A stretch of 10,537 bases of DNA from Calditrichota bacterium (GTDB lineage Bacteria > Electryoneota > Electryoneia > Electryoneales > Electryoneaceae): positions 1 to 10,537 of the forward strand of contig JAANWZ010000033.1 of assembly GCA_018263585.1 (NCBI GenBank), written 5' to 3'. The notes below the pieces were generated by a model. It was not told where the DNA came from, made no database searches, and saw only the letters and a program-made list of their open reading frames with translations. Position numbers and translations under genes: made by a program. Positions 1-8,212 of this stretch are shown one piece after another. Each line of letters begins with the position of its first letter. Position 1 is the stretch's first letter.

Positions 1-257
1 CAACCGCGGATTCGAGGCGGTGGTGTTCATCACGGCTGGATCATCCGCGCGGGCAAGCCCGCACGGCCGGTACTGAAGCGCGCGGCAGACAAACGCCGCG
101 CTTGTTCAGGATGACACTCGTACAGGCCCGCGGTTGCTCGCAACCGCGGATTCGAGGCGGTGGTGTTCATCACGGCTGGATCATCCGCGCGGGCAAGCCC
201 GCACGGCCGGTACTGAAGCGCGCGGTAAACAGACGCCGCGCTTGTTCAGGATGACAC
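1..257. repeat. Tandem direct repeat: two ~117-bp near-identical copies (1-117 and 141-257) separated by a 23-bp spacer that is itself a hairpin (cgcggttg-ctcg-caaccgcg, 129-148). Each copy contains a gcggg-caag-cccgc hairpin.
   Basis: Direct reading: 1-117 matches 141-257 with ~4 mismatches (gcggcagacaaacg vs gcggtaaacagacg). The window begins exactly at a repeat start, so the array may extend upstream. Confidence 0.9.
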
Positions 258-380
258 GGTGGGGGCGCCGAAACGGCTCGCCCGGCGTGTCCAGGACGAC
301 ATTCATGCGGCCGCCACCCGCCACATGGAACCCGGCCCACACGCGGATCATCCGCCCCATCCGCGCCATCCGCTGTCGAT

Positions 381-1451
381 TCACCGAACCTCGCCCTGGC
401 CGTCACGGGCGGAGAGCGCGTCGAGGATCGCGGGCGTGAGGTCGGTGATCGCGTCGCAGCGCGGGATGATCTCGCCGGCGAGCGGTCCGACCGCGACCGC
501 GGGCACCGGCGCGCGGGTGTGGCTGCGCACGGTCAGGTCCTCGCTGTTCCCGTGGTCGCTGGCGATCAGCAGCGTGTCACGGTCCGCGCGCAACGATGCC
601 AGCAGCGCGCGCAGGAAGTCCATCACTTCGCGCACCACCTTCGCCGCCCACACCCGGTCCTGCGCGTGCCCGGCGAGGTCGGTCTTGATGTACTCGAAGA
701 GGACGAGGTCGTACTCGCGCGCGAGCCCGGCGATCCGGCGCGCCGCTTCCGCCGGGCCGATGATCGGCAGCTTCTCGCGGCGCACCAGGTCCGTGAACGA
801 CTCGCCGTCCGGGTTTCCCGAGTCGGGCGGGGGAGCGGGCGCGCCCTTCTTCAACGCCCGTCTGTGCACTTTTTCGAACCGTTTCCGGAACGAGAGCACC
901 GGGGCCGATGCGCCCGGCGTCGACCCGGGATAGCGGAGCGGCCCGTCGTTGCCCTGCGCGCTGATCATCTCGCCCGTGAGGTCGTGGAACACAGCCCGCG
1001 CGGAGCGGTAGTCGTCGAGCATCCGGAACGGGATGCCGGCGGCGCGCACGGCGTGCGTGGACACCGACTGCATGTACGGCGGGCGCTTGAAATAGGCTTC
1101 GTTGTACGCGTTGGCGAACGTGGACTTCAGCCCGGGCGCGAGCGCCTGCCGGTGAATCGACTGGTCGCGGATGATCGCCTGCAGTTCGCGCGGCGGGAAT
1201 CCGGACAGGTGCCGTCCGATTGCGGCGGGCGCGTTCACGCCGGTGAACAGGGCGGTCGTCCCGGTCGCCGATTGCGGCAGGCCGTCGATCCCGAGGCACG
1301 CGTCGATCGGCTTCCACACAGCCCCCGGCCACGTCGGCCCGCGTCCATCGACGGCGATCAACGTCGGGTCGGAGACCGCCGCCCACGGGTTGACCGCCGG
1401 ATCGTCCGCGCCGAGCCCGACGCCATCGAGGAAAATCCAGACGACACCCAC
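381..1451 (-). CDS. Alkaline-phosphatase-superfamily metalloenzyme, cofactor-independent phosphoglycerate mutase-like (ApgM/PF01676-like)
   Basis: 356-aa ORF. N-terminal 'IFLDGVGLG' (metal-ligand Asp in a DGxG context), 'SATGTTALFTG' and C-terminal 'SDHGN' motifs are characteristic of the iPGM/alkaline-phosphatase core. Overlapping plus-strand ORFs are Arg/Ala-rich wrong-frame artefacts. Confidence 0.7.
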   Translation of the reverse strand: MGVVWIFLDGVGLGADDPAVNPWAAVSDPTLIAVDGRGPTWPGAVWKPIDACLGIDGLPQSATGTTALFTGVNAPAAIGRHLSGFPPRELQAIIRDQSIHRQALAPGLKSTFANAYNEAYFKRPPYMQSVSTHAVRAAGIPFRMLDDYRSARAVFHDLTGEMISAQGNDGPLRYPGSTPGASAPVLSFRKRFEKVHRRALKKGAPAPPPDSGNPDGESFTDLVRREKLPIIGPAEAARRIAGLAREYDLVLFEYIKTDLAGHAQDRVWAAKVVREVMDFLRALLASLRADRDTLLIASDHGNSEDLTVRSHTRAPVPAVAVGPLAGEIIPRCDAITDLTPAILDALSARDGQGEVR

Positions 1452-1455
1452 GCCG

Positions 1456-2352
1456 CTACCCGTCCCGCCGGCGTTCGAGTTCTTTCACCCGGTCCCAATA
1501 GGCATCAAGCTGGTCGAGGGTGAGGTCGGTGAGTTCGCAGCCGTCCTCGCGGACGAGTCGTTCGATCGCCTGGAACCGGCGGATCACCTTCTCCGTACTC
1601 CGGCGGAGCGCGTCCTCGGCGGCGATCCCGGCGAGACGGGCGGCGTTCACCGCGGAGAACAGCAGGTCGCCGAGCTCTTCCTCAGCGTGGTCACGGTCGC
1701 CGGAGAGCACCGCGGCGGACACTTCTTTCATCTCTTCCGCGAGTTTTTCGAGCGCGCCGGACGCGTTCGGCCAGTCGAAGCCGACGCCGGCCATTTTCTC
1801 CTGGACGCGGAACGCGCGCACGAGTGCGGGCAGGCTTTTCGGCACGCCTTCGAGCACGCTGCGCGGCGGCTCGCCGTTCGTCTCGTCCGCGAGCTTCAGC
1901 TTCTCCCAAGCGTCGCGCACTTCCCCGGGCGTTTCCAGCTTGCGGTCGCCGAACACGTGCGGGTGGCGGTGCAGCAGCTTTTCGCGGATCGCGCGGATCG
2001 AATCGGCGAGCGCGAACCGGTCGTGTTCGGCGGCGATCTGCGCGTGGAAGACGATCTGCAGCAGCAGGTCTCCGAGTTCCCCGCGGAGCGCGTCGGAATC
2101 GCCGCCGTCGATCGCGGCGAGCACTTCGTACGCTTCCTCGAGCAGGTACGGTCGCAAGGATTCGTGCGTCTGCGCGCGGTCCCACGGGCAGCCGTTTCGC
2201 GCGCGCAGCCGTCGCATCACCGCCGCGAGCGCCTCCATCTCGCCGCCGATCGTGCCGTCGCCGAGCACGTCGCCGGGTAGGTTCTGATACGGCTGCTCGG
2301 GACTGTTTCGGCGGGAGTTTCGGGGTTCAGCGGGAGCTCCGCTCCGACTCAT
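1456..2352 (-). CDS. mazG: Nucleoside triphosphate pyrophosphohydrolase MazG (two tandem MazG domains). The true start is probably the internal ATG at 2238 (MEALAAVMRRLRARNGCPWD...).
   Basis: 'RNGCPWDRAQTHESLRPYLLEEAYEV' is the canonical MazG N-terminal motif. A second EExxE/GDLL repeat sits in the C-terminal half. The longest ORF overlaps the upstream CDF gene by 26 nt, whereas the 2238 start matches E. coli MazG N-terminal spacing. Confidence 0.85.
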   Translation of the reverse strand: MSRSGAPAEPRNSRRNSPEQPYQNLPGDVLGDGTIGGEMEALAAVMRRLRARNGCPWDRAQTHESLRPYLLEEAYEVLAAIDGGDSDALRGELGDLLLQIVFHAQIAAEHDRFALADSIRAIREKLLHRHPHVFGDRKLETPGEVRDAWEKLKLADETNGEPPRSVLEGVPKSLPALVRAFRVQEKMAGVGFDWPNASGALEKLAEEMKEVSAAVLSGDRDHAEEELGDLLFSAVNAARLAGIAAEDALRRSTEKVIRRFQAIERLVREDGCELTDLTLDQLDAYWDRVKELERRRDG

Positions 2353-3289
2353 GGGGCACTCCTTCGTCAGCGGCGCCGCGGACCGGGCCCTCGCCCTCGC
2401 GGCGGGATCCCTCCGGCTCGAGGTGGATGAGCGCGTCCGCGATGTAGTCGTACTGCGCGAGGATCAGATCCTTCACGTCGTGTGTGATCCGGTGGCCTTC
2501 CTCGACGGTGAGCTCGGGCGCGACCTCGATGTCCATGTCCACGTATAGCAGCGACCCGTAGCGGCGGGTGCGGATCCGGTGCGCGTCCTCGACCGGGCCG
2601 ACCGTGAGCGCGAGTTCCCCGAGCTCACCGACCAGTTCCGGGTTCTGTTCCATGTCGGTGAGCTCGTGGATCGCCTGGCGGCCGATGCGCACGCCGGTCG
2701 CAACGATGAACCCGCTCACCGCGATGCTGGCGAGCGAATCGAGGAACGTGGCGCCGGGGATGAGCACGCTGCCGCCGACGCCGATCACGACCGTCATCGA
2801 GGAGAACGCGTCGCTGCGGTGATGGTACGCGTTCGCGCGCAGCGCCGGCGAACGGGTCGTCCTCGCCGCCGACTTCGTCCACCGGAACAGCCACTCCTTC
2901 GTGGTCACCGAGACGGCCGCGATCACCGCCGCCGGCCAGCCGACATCGAACTCCCGTCCCGCGACGAGCGCATGGATCGCGTTGGACGCGAGGATCCCGG
3001 CCGCGACGAACAGCATCGCCGCGATCACCATCGAGCCGAGCGACTCGAACCGGCCGTGCCCGTACGGGTGATCCGCGTCCACCGGCTTCCGCCCGACGCG
3101 GATCGTGAAGATCGCGACGATGTCGGTGAACAGGTCGGAGGTGGAATCGACCGCGTCCGCGATCAGCGCCTGGCTGTGGAACAACACGCCGCCGGTCGCC
3201 TTCACGAGCGCGAGCGCGAGGTTGATCGCCCCGCCCGTGTAGCCGACCCGGCGCGCGAGTCGGTCGTTCCGCTCTTGTCTCTCCGTCAC
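2327..3289 (-). CDS. Cation diffusion facilitator (CDF) family divalent-metal efflux transporter
   Basis: 320 aa, N-terminal TM helices, and a 'DADHPYGHGRFE' signature typical of CzcD/FieF-type CDF proteins. Has a C-terminal cytoplasmic domain. Confidence 0.85.
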   Translation of the reverse strand: MTERQERNDRLARRVGYTGGAINLALALVKATGGVLFHSQALIADAVDSTSDLFTDIVAIFTIRVGRKPVDADHPYGHGRFESLGSMVIAAMLFVAAGILASNAIHALVAGREFDVGWPAAVIAAVSVTTKEWLFRWTKSAARTTRSPALRANAYHHRSDAFSSMTVVIGVGGSVLIPGATFLDSLASIAVSGFIVATGVRIGRQAIHELTDMEQNPELVGELGELALTVGPVEDAHRIRTRRYGSLLYVDMDIEVAPELTVEEGHRITHDVKDLILAQYDYIADALIHLEPEGSRREGEGPVRGAADEGVPHESERSSR

Positions 3290-3338
3290 GAGTCGCCCGC
3301 AATATCCGCAACCGCCCCCCGCGGCATTCGAGCCGGGG

Positions 3339-3626
3339 TCAGCTCACCTCGGGAGCGGCGGGTGATTCTCCGGAAGAGGTGTGCACGTCTCCACCGCCCG
3401 CCTCCCGCTCGGCGATCAGGTCCTCGAGCCGCTCCTTCTCCCGGATCAGTTCGTCCAGCGAGTACGAGGAGAGGTCGCGTTCCTGCTGGAGCACGGGCAG
3501 CTCGATCCCCTGCCTGCGCAGGAACTCATCCACGTCCGGCTGGTTCTTCCGGTAGAAGTAGTAGGCCGCCGCGGCCGCGCCGACACCGAACAGAAACCCG
3601 GTGAAATGATCGTTGTTGATGTTCAT
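3339..3626 (-). CDS. Small hypothetical membrane-anchored protein (one N-terminal TM helix 'GFLFGVGAAAAAYYFY' plus a charged coiled-coil tail)
   Basis: 95-aa ORF with a SD-like GAGGCGG 8-12 nt upstream. Sits in the same orientation between the HMA-like gene and the CDF gene. The codon pattern is plausible apart from an AT-rich N-terminus. No recognisable family. Confidence 0.5.
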   Translation of the reverse strand: MNINNDHFTGFLFGVGAAAAAYYFYRKNQPDVDEFLRRQGIELPVLQQERDLSSYSLDELIREKERLEDLIAEREAGGGDVHTSSGESPAAPEVS

Positions 3627-3676
3627 CTTCCGCCTCGTCAGCGATCAGGTCGTATCCAGCACGGCGCGAACGCACG

Positions 3677-4246
3677 TCACCGCCAGGGCTTCTTCCCCGC
3701 GATCAGCCACGCGGAGAGCGCGAGCCCGGGCAGCGACAGGTGACGGAGCACGATCCGGTTGAGTGCGGCCGCGCCGGCGAGGATCCCCGCGACCGCCCAC
3801 AGGTCGAGCAGACCGCGCGTGCTGTCGAACACCGCCCTGTTCAGTGCGCCGAGCGCCTCCTCTCCCTCCCGGCGCACGAGCGAGACCGGCGGCCGCTTCA
3901 GCTCCCTTTCCAGGTCGAGCAGCCGGATCAACGCTGCGAACAGGATCTCCGCGTCGAGCCGGGACTCGTCGAACAGCACGAGTACGCTTCCGCTGCGCGC
4001 GTTCGTCTCGACCTCGCGCACGCCCTGGATGCGGGAGAGCGCATCGCCCGCGCGGCCGGCGTTCGCGAGCCTGCCGATCAGGGCCGGGACACGGAACCGC
4101 ACCCGCCCCGGCAGCATGTGCAGCGTCTGGATCGGGTGACGCATCCGCAGCAGCGGGGAGCGGTCGTCGCCGCGCCCGGCGTCCCCGGATTCCTTCCTCC
4201 GCCTCACGAGCAGCGCGAGCAGCAGATGAGCGAGAGCGTTGACCAT
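3677..4246 (-). CDS. Hypothetical membrane protein with a degenerate HMA-like (ferredoxin-fold metal-binding-like) domain lacking the CxxC motif, followed by C-terminal TM segments
   Basis: 189 aa. 'ALSRIQGVREVETNARSGSVLVLFD...ILFAALIRL' matches the HMA pattern L..L.GV..V.V.L..G.V.V.FD...I..AI, but the metal-binding loop is replaced by 'HMLPGRVRFRV'. The alternative frame 3645..4286 is Arg/Ala-rich and judged spurious. Confidence 0.55.
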   Translation of the reverse strand: MVNALAHLLLALLVRRRKESGDAGRGDDRSPLLRMRHPIQTLHMLPGRVRFRVPALIGRLANAGRAGDALSRIQGVREVETNARSGSVLVLFDESRLDAEILFAALIRLLDLERELKRPPVSLVRREGEEALGALNRAVFDSTRGLLDLWAVAGILAGAAALNRIVLRHLSLPGLALSAWLIAGKKPWR

Positions 4247-4289
4247 CGCGGCGCCTCACAGCGATCGAAACGTGGGAAGCTAACACCCG

Positions 4290-4470
4290 CGCCCGCGCGA
4301 GTCCAAATCAGGTGCGGGCTTGCGACGCAGCCCCGCAGCCTATGCCCCGCGCCTGCTTGCAGGCCGGGCTCAGACGCAGCACGTGAACGGCCGGCGAATC
4401 CATGCCTGCACAGCAGGCATGGGCATAGTCATAGGCATGGGCATAGTCATAGGCAGTCCGCAGTCCGCAG
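4290..4470. repeat. Intergenic repeat cluster. Contains the 'cccgcgcctgcttgca' box (4346-4361, identical 16-mer also at 10311-10326), a 7-bp-arm palindrome ATGCCTG-CACAG-CAGGCAT (4402-4420), an 18-bp tandem repeat x2 'gcatgggcatagtcatag' (4417-4452), and 'tccgcag' x2 (4457-4470)
   Basis: Direct reading of the sequence. The 18-mer repeat is ~50% GC against a ~70% GC background. Confidence 0.85.
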
Positions 4471-4482
4471 CCTGAGAGAGAA

Positions 4483-4505
4483 CCCCCGGGCGGGAAACCC
4501 GGGGG
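4483..4505 (-). terminator. Stem-loop cccccggg-cgggaaa-cccggggg (perfect 8-bp GC stem). Probable intrinsic terminator for the SPFH gene
   Basis: Lies 29 nt downstream of the minus-strand stop at 4534. On the minus strand it is followed by TTCTCTCTCA. Confidence 0.6.
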
Positions 4506-4533
4506 ATTACTGATGAGACGGCGCAAGTACCCG

Positions 4534-5355
4534 TTATTCGCCCTGTTCGCCGCCTGCTGGTTTGTCTCCGGGCTTGCCCGTGTGCACGTGCACATCCGGC
4601 GCGCCGCGCTCGGCGAACTGTTTCACACCCTCGAGCAGGTCGATCGGCACCGGGAACAGCGTCGTCGAATTGTTCTCGGCGGCGACTTCGACGAGCGTCT
4701 GCAGGTAGCGGAGCGTGACCGAAATCGGCTGCTCGGCCATCATCGCGCCGGCCTCCGTGAGCCGTTTCGCCGCCTGGAACTCGCCGTCGGCGGCGACGAT
4801 TTTCGCGCGCCGGACACGGTCCGCCTCGGCTTCCGCCGCCATCACCCGCTGCATGTCCTGTGGCAGATCGACGTGCTTGATCTCGACAGTGGAGACCTTG
4901 ACACCCCACGCGTCCGTATGCTCGTCGATGATCTCCTGCAGCCGGTTGTTCACCGTAGCGAGTTCGTCGAGCAACACTTGCAGCGAGATCTCGCCGACGG
5001 TCGCGCGCAGGGTCGTCTGCGCGATCTGAACCGTCGCCTGGTAGAAGTTCTCCGCGCTCACGACCGCGCGCGCGGGATCGACGACACGGAAATAGACGAC
5101 CGCGTTCACCTGCACGCTCACGTTATCCTTCGTGAGCAGATCCTGCGGCTGCACGTCGAACACCTGAATCCGCGTGGAAATCCGCGTCACCGTATCGACG
5201 ATCGGGATGATGAGCACGATTCCCGGCCCCTTCACGCCGATCAGGCGACCGACACGGAAGACAACGAGACGGTCGTATTCCTTCACGATCTTGATCGCGC
5301 TGATCAGGATCAGGAAAAGGACGACCGCGGCGACGACGATTCCAACTGGCGGCAT
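4534..5355 (-). CDS. SPFH/band-7 (stomatin/prohibitin-like) membrane protein
   Basis: 273 aa with an N-terminal TM helix, then the SPFH core ('KDNVSVQVNAVVYFRV', 'ISVTLRYLQTL') and a coiled-coil Ala/Glu-rich segment. Strong RBS GGAGGA 6 nt upstream of the ATG. Confidence 0.85.
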   Translation of the reverse strand: MPPVGIVVAAVVLFLILISAIKIVKEYDRLVVFRVGRLIGVKGPGIVLIIPIVDTVTRISTRIQVFDVQPQDLLTKDNVSVQVNAVVYFRVVDPARAVVSAENFYQATVQIAQTTLRATVGEISLQVLLDELATVNNRLQEIIDEHTDAWGVKVSTVEIKHVDLPQDMQRVMAAEAEADRVRRAKIVAADGEFQAAKRLTEAGAMMAEQPISVTLRYLQTLVEVAAENNSTTLFPVPIDLLEGVKQFAERGAPDVHVHTGKPGDKPAGGEQGE

Positions 5356-5375
5356 GATCGGATCCTCCGTGACCG

Positions 5376-5395
5376 GGCGTCCGGCGCCGGACGCC
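5376..5395. promoter_or_regulatory. Perfect 20-bp palindrome GGCGTCCGGC|GCCGGACGCC in the 5' leader of the SPFH gene, 21 nt upstream of its ATG
   Basis: The exact inverted repeat is seen directly. It could be an operator or a 5'-UTR hairpin. Confidence 0.4.
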
Positions 5396-5634
5396 GCATT
5401 GTGTTCCCATGCCGGAGTTTAGCTCGCGGAACCGCGTTCAGCAAAGGGGGGAGGAGAGCGGGGACGAAATCCGGCTCGCGGCGACCGGGCACCCGTGTTG
5501 CGGCCTATTACTTTGATTCAACTGAACTTAGCCCGGAGATTCACCCACCCGCGCCGATTGCTTCGCTCGCGGGGCCGTCTTATCTTCCGGGATTGCACGC
5601 GTGAATCTATAACCCAGAGAGCACGAGGAGTTCG

Positions 5635-6198
5635 ATGGCATCGACCGCCGATTTCCGCAACGGGATGGTGATCCGGTTTCGCGGCGAGCTCTACCAGATC
5701 GTCGAGTTCCAGCATGTCAAGCCCGGCAAGGGCGGGGCGTTCGTGCGCACGAAGCTGAAGAACGTGATCAACGGCAAGGTGCTCGACAACACGTTCCGCT
5801 CCGGCGAGAAGGTCGAGGAGATCCGGCTCGAGGCGCGCCCGATGCAGTATCTCTACCAGGAGGGCGACCTGCACGTGTTCATGGACAACGAGACGTACGA
5901 ACAGATCCACATGCCGGCCGAATCGCTCGGTGACACCGTCGTCTCCTACCTCAAGGAGGGGACGGACTACAAGATGTTGTACAGCGAAGGTACGCCGCTG
6001 CTCGTCGAGCCGCCGACGTTCATGGAGTTGACGATTTCGGACACCGAGCCCGGCGACAAGGGCGACCGTGTCAGCGCAGCGACGAAGCCGGCGACGCTCG
6101 AGACGGGAGCGGTGATCCAGGTCCCGATGTTCATCGATTCCGGCGAGACGGTGAAGGTGGACACGCGGACGAACGAGTACCTTGAACGTGTGAAATAG
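5635..6198 (+). CDS. efp: Elongation factor P
   Basis: 187 aa. 'KPGKGGAFVRTKLKN' loop with the conserved modifiable Lys. Full-length similarity to EF-P. RBS GAGGAG 7 nt upstream. Confidence 0.95.
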   Translation: MASTADFRNGMVIRFRGELYQIVEFQHVKPGKGGAFVRTKLKNVINGKVLDNTFRSGEKVEEIRLEARPMQYLYQEGDLHVFMDNETYEQIHMPAESLGDTVVSYLKEGTDYKMLYSEGTPLLVEPPTFMELTISDTEPGDKGDRVSAATKPATLETGAVIQVPMFIDSGETVKVDTRTNEYLERVK

Positions 6199-6246
6199 GC
6201 GTGCCCGCGGGAACGATGAGCGCCCCGCAGCGCAACGGAGGGCGGG

Positions 6247-6735
6247 ATGAACTACTCGGAAGTGCGAAAGCTGGTCAAGCTCGTCGAAGCAAGCGATATC
6301 CAGGAGCTGGAGTTCGAGCGCGAAGGCTCGCGGATCTGCGTGAAAAAGGGCCCGTCGGGCGACGCGCTCGTGCAGCCGCTGCCGAGCGCCGCGCCGGTCC
6401 AGGTTCCGCCCGCGCCGCCCGCCTCGCCCCAGCCCGCGGCTGAGCAAGCCCCCGCCGCGCCCGCCGAACCGCAGGCCGAACCCGACGTCTCGTACCACGA
6501 GGTGAAATCGCCGATGGTCGGGACGTTCTACCGCGCCCCCGCCCCCGACGCTGACCCGTACGTGCAGCCGGGGAGCACCGTGAAACCGGGCCAGACGGTG
6601 TGCATGGTGGAAGCGATGAAGCTGATGAACGAGATCGAGTGCGACGTCGCCGGCACAGTTGTCTCCGTCGAGGTTGAAAACGCCCGGCCGGTCGAGTTCG
6701 GCCAGGTGCTGTTCAAGATCGACAGCAAGGGCTGA
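6247..6735 (+). CDS. accB: Acetyl-CoA carboxylase biotin carboxyl carrier protein
   Basis: 162 aa. Pro/Ala-rich linker, then a biotinyl domain with the '[10 protein letters not shown]' biotinylation motif. RBS GGAGGG upstream. Confidence 0.93.
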   Translation: MNYSEVRKLVKLVEASDIQELEFEREGSRICVKKGPSGDALVQPLPSAAPVQVPPAPPASPQPAAEQAPAAPAEPQAEPDVSYHEVKSPMVGTFYRAPAPDADPYVQPGSTVKPGQTVCMVEAMKLMNEIECDVAGTVVSVEVENARPVEFGQVLFKIDSKG

Positions 6736-6737
6736 GC

Positions 6738-8093
6738 GTGTTCTCGAAGATCCTGATCGCGAACCGGGGTGAGATCGCGCTTCGCATCATCCGCGCCTGC
6801 CGGGAGCTCGACATCCCCTCCGTGGCCGTGTACAGCGAGGCGGACGCGGACGCGCTGCATGTCCGGTTCGCCGACGAGGCGGTGTGTATCGGGCCGCCAC
6901 CGAGCAACCGCAGCTACCTCAACCACCAGCGCATCCTCGCCGCCGCGGAGATCACGAACGCGGATGCGATTCACCCCGGGTACGGGTTCCTCGCGGAGAG
7001 CGCCGAATTCGCCGAGATGTGCCTCGACAGCGGCGTACAATGGATCGGTCCCGCGCCGGAGTCGATCCGCGCGATGGGCGACAAATCGAACGCGAAGGCG
7101 ATGATGCGCGACGCGGGCGTGCCGGTCACGCCCGGCAGCGACGGGCCGGTCGCGGGATTCGACGAGGCGCGCCGGATCGCGGACGACGTCGGCTACCCGG
7201 TGATTCTGAAGGCGAGCGCCGGCGGCGGCGGGCGTGGGATGCGGATCGTGCGCCGCGCGGAGGACATCGAAGCCGCCTACGAGCTCGCGCGCGCGGAAGC
7301 GGAGGCCGCGTTCTCCAACCGGGAGCTGTACCTCGAGAAGTTCATCCTCCAGCCCCGGCACGTGGAAATCCAGGTGATGGGCGACCGGCACGGCAACGTC
7401 GTCCACCTCGGCGAGCGCGACTGTTCGATCCAGCGCCGGCACCAGAAGTTGATCGAGGAAAGCCCGAGCCCGGCGGTCACCCCCGAGCTGCGCAGGCAGT
7501 TCGGCGAGGCGGCGATCCAGGGCGCGAGCGCGGTCGATTATGTCGGCGCGGGCACGATGGAGTTCCTGCTCGACAGCCGCGGTGACTTCTACTTCATGGA
7601 GATGAACACGCGCATCCAGGTCGAGCATCCGGTCACGGAGGCGGTCACCGGCCGCGATCTCGTCGCCGAGCAGATCCGCGTCTGCGCCGGGGAAACATTG
7701 CGCTGGAAGCAGTCGGAGATCGAGTTTCGCGGCCATGCGATCGAGTTTCGGCTCAACGCGGAGGACCACACGCGCAACTTCATGCCCGCCCCGGGTACGA
7801 TCACCGACCTCAACATTCCCGGCGGGCTCGGCGTGCGCGTGGACACCCACATCTACGCCGGGTACCGGATTCCACCGCACTACGATTCGCTGATCGCGAA
7901 GCTGATCGTGCACGGAGAGGACCGCCGCGAGGCAATCGCCCGCGGCCGCCGTACATTGGAGGAGTTTGTCGTCGAGGGGATCCCGACAACGGTCCCGTTC
8001 CACCTCCAGATTCTCGGCACGGACGAGTTTCAGAGCGGTCGGTTTTCGACATCGTTTCTCGAAGAGTGGATGGCCCGCGGGCGAGAGAGCTGA
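6738..8093 (+). CDS. accC: Acetyl-CoA carboxylase biotin carboxylase subunit (GTG start, 2 nt after the accB stop)
   Basis: 451 aa. '[17 protein letters not shown]', ATP-grasp motifs and '[14 protein letters not shown]' are typical of biotin carboxylase. Confidence 0.95.
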   Translation: MFSKILIANRGEIALRIIRACRELDIPSVAVYSEADADALHVRFADEAVCIGPPPSNRSYLNHQRILAAAEITNADAIHPGYGFLAESAEFAEMCLDSGVQWIGPAPESIRAMGDKSNAKAMMRDAGVPVTPGSDGPVAGFDEARRIADDVGYPVILKASAGGGGRGMRIVRRAEDIEAAYELARAEAEAAFSNRELYLEKFILQPRHVEIQVMGDRHGNVVHLGERDCSIQRRHQKLIEESPSPAVTPELRRQFGEAAIQGASAVDYVGAGTMEFLLDSRGDFYFMEMNTRIQVEHPVTEAVTGRDLVAEQIRVCAGETLRWKQSEIEFRGHAIEFRLNAEDHTRNFMPAPGTITDLNIPGGLGVRVDTHIYAGYRIPPHYDSLIAKLIVHGEDRREAIARGRRTLEEFVVEGIPTTVPFHLQILGTDEFQSGRFSTSFLEEWMARGRES

Positions 8094-8103
8094 CTGCGAT
8101 CAA

Positions 8104-8134
8104 CCCTGCGACATCGCCGCGCGCTGTCACAGGG
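8104..8134. repeat. Single copy of the 31-bp imperfect palindromic element 'ccctgcgacatcgccgcgcgctgtcacaggg', 10 nt after the accC stop
   Basis: 30/31 identical to the copies at 10437-10467 and 10497-10527. Twelve of its 15 positions are self-complementary. Confidence 0.85.
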
Positions 8135-8167
8135 ACATATTGGAAGGGGGATAGTTGCTCACATCCG

Positions 8168-8196
8168 GTTGTCCCTTTGACTCAGCCGGGGCATAA
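8168..8196 (+). promoter_or_regulatory. Sigma-70-like promoter candidate: -35 TTGTCC (8168-8173), 17-bp spacer, -10 CATAAT (8191-8196)
   Basis: Hexamers and spacing read directly. This is the only AT-containing -10-like hexamer upstream of the structured region. Weak prediction. Confidence 0.3.
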
Positions 8197-8212
8197 TCGG
8201 GGGAGGCAACTG

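Noticed and set aside
4419-4475. 18-codon Ile/Val/Gly-rich mini-ORF followed by a hairpin, interpreted as a leader-peptide attenuator
   Set aside because: The downstream plus-strand ORF (4513..5604) is an antisense artefact of the clearly real SPFH gene, so there is nothing on the plus strand to attenuate. The ORF is most likely a by-product of the 18-bp tandem repeat. Kept only as a note inside the repeat finding.
5507-5541. efp promoter assignment (-35 TTGATT 5513-5518 / -10 GAGATT, or TATAAC at 5608)
   Set aside because: Hexamer and spacing combinations are all poor (at most 3/6 at -10, or a 9-bp spacer). I note only the AT-rich patch as a probable promoter region, without calling precise elements.
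6528-8003. Long antisense ORFs (6528..8003 -, 8985..10376 -, 519..1523 +, 1171..2280 +, 4513..5604 +, 5518..6498 -, 2579..3604 +, 3645..4286 -)
   Set aside because: They are Arg/Ala/Gly/Pro-rich with low-complexity composition typical of wrong-frame or antisense reading in ~70% GC DNA. Each overlaps a gene with a clear family assignment on the other strand or frame.
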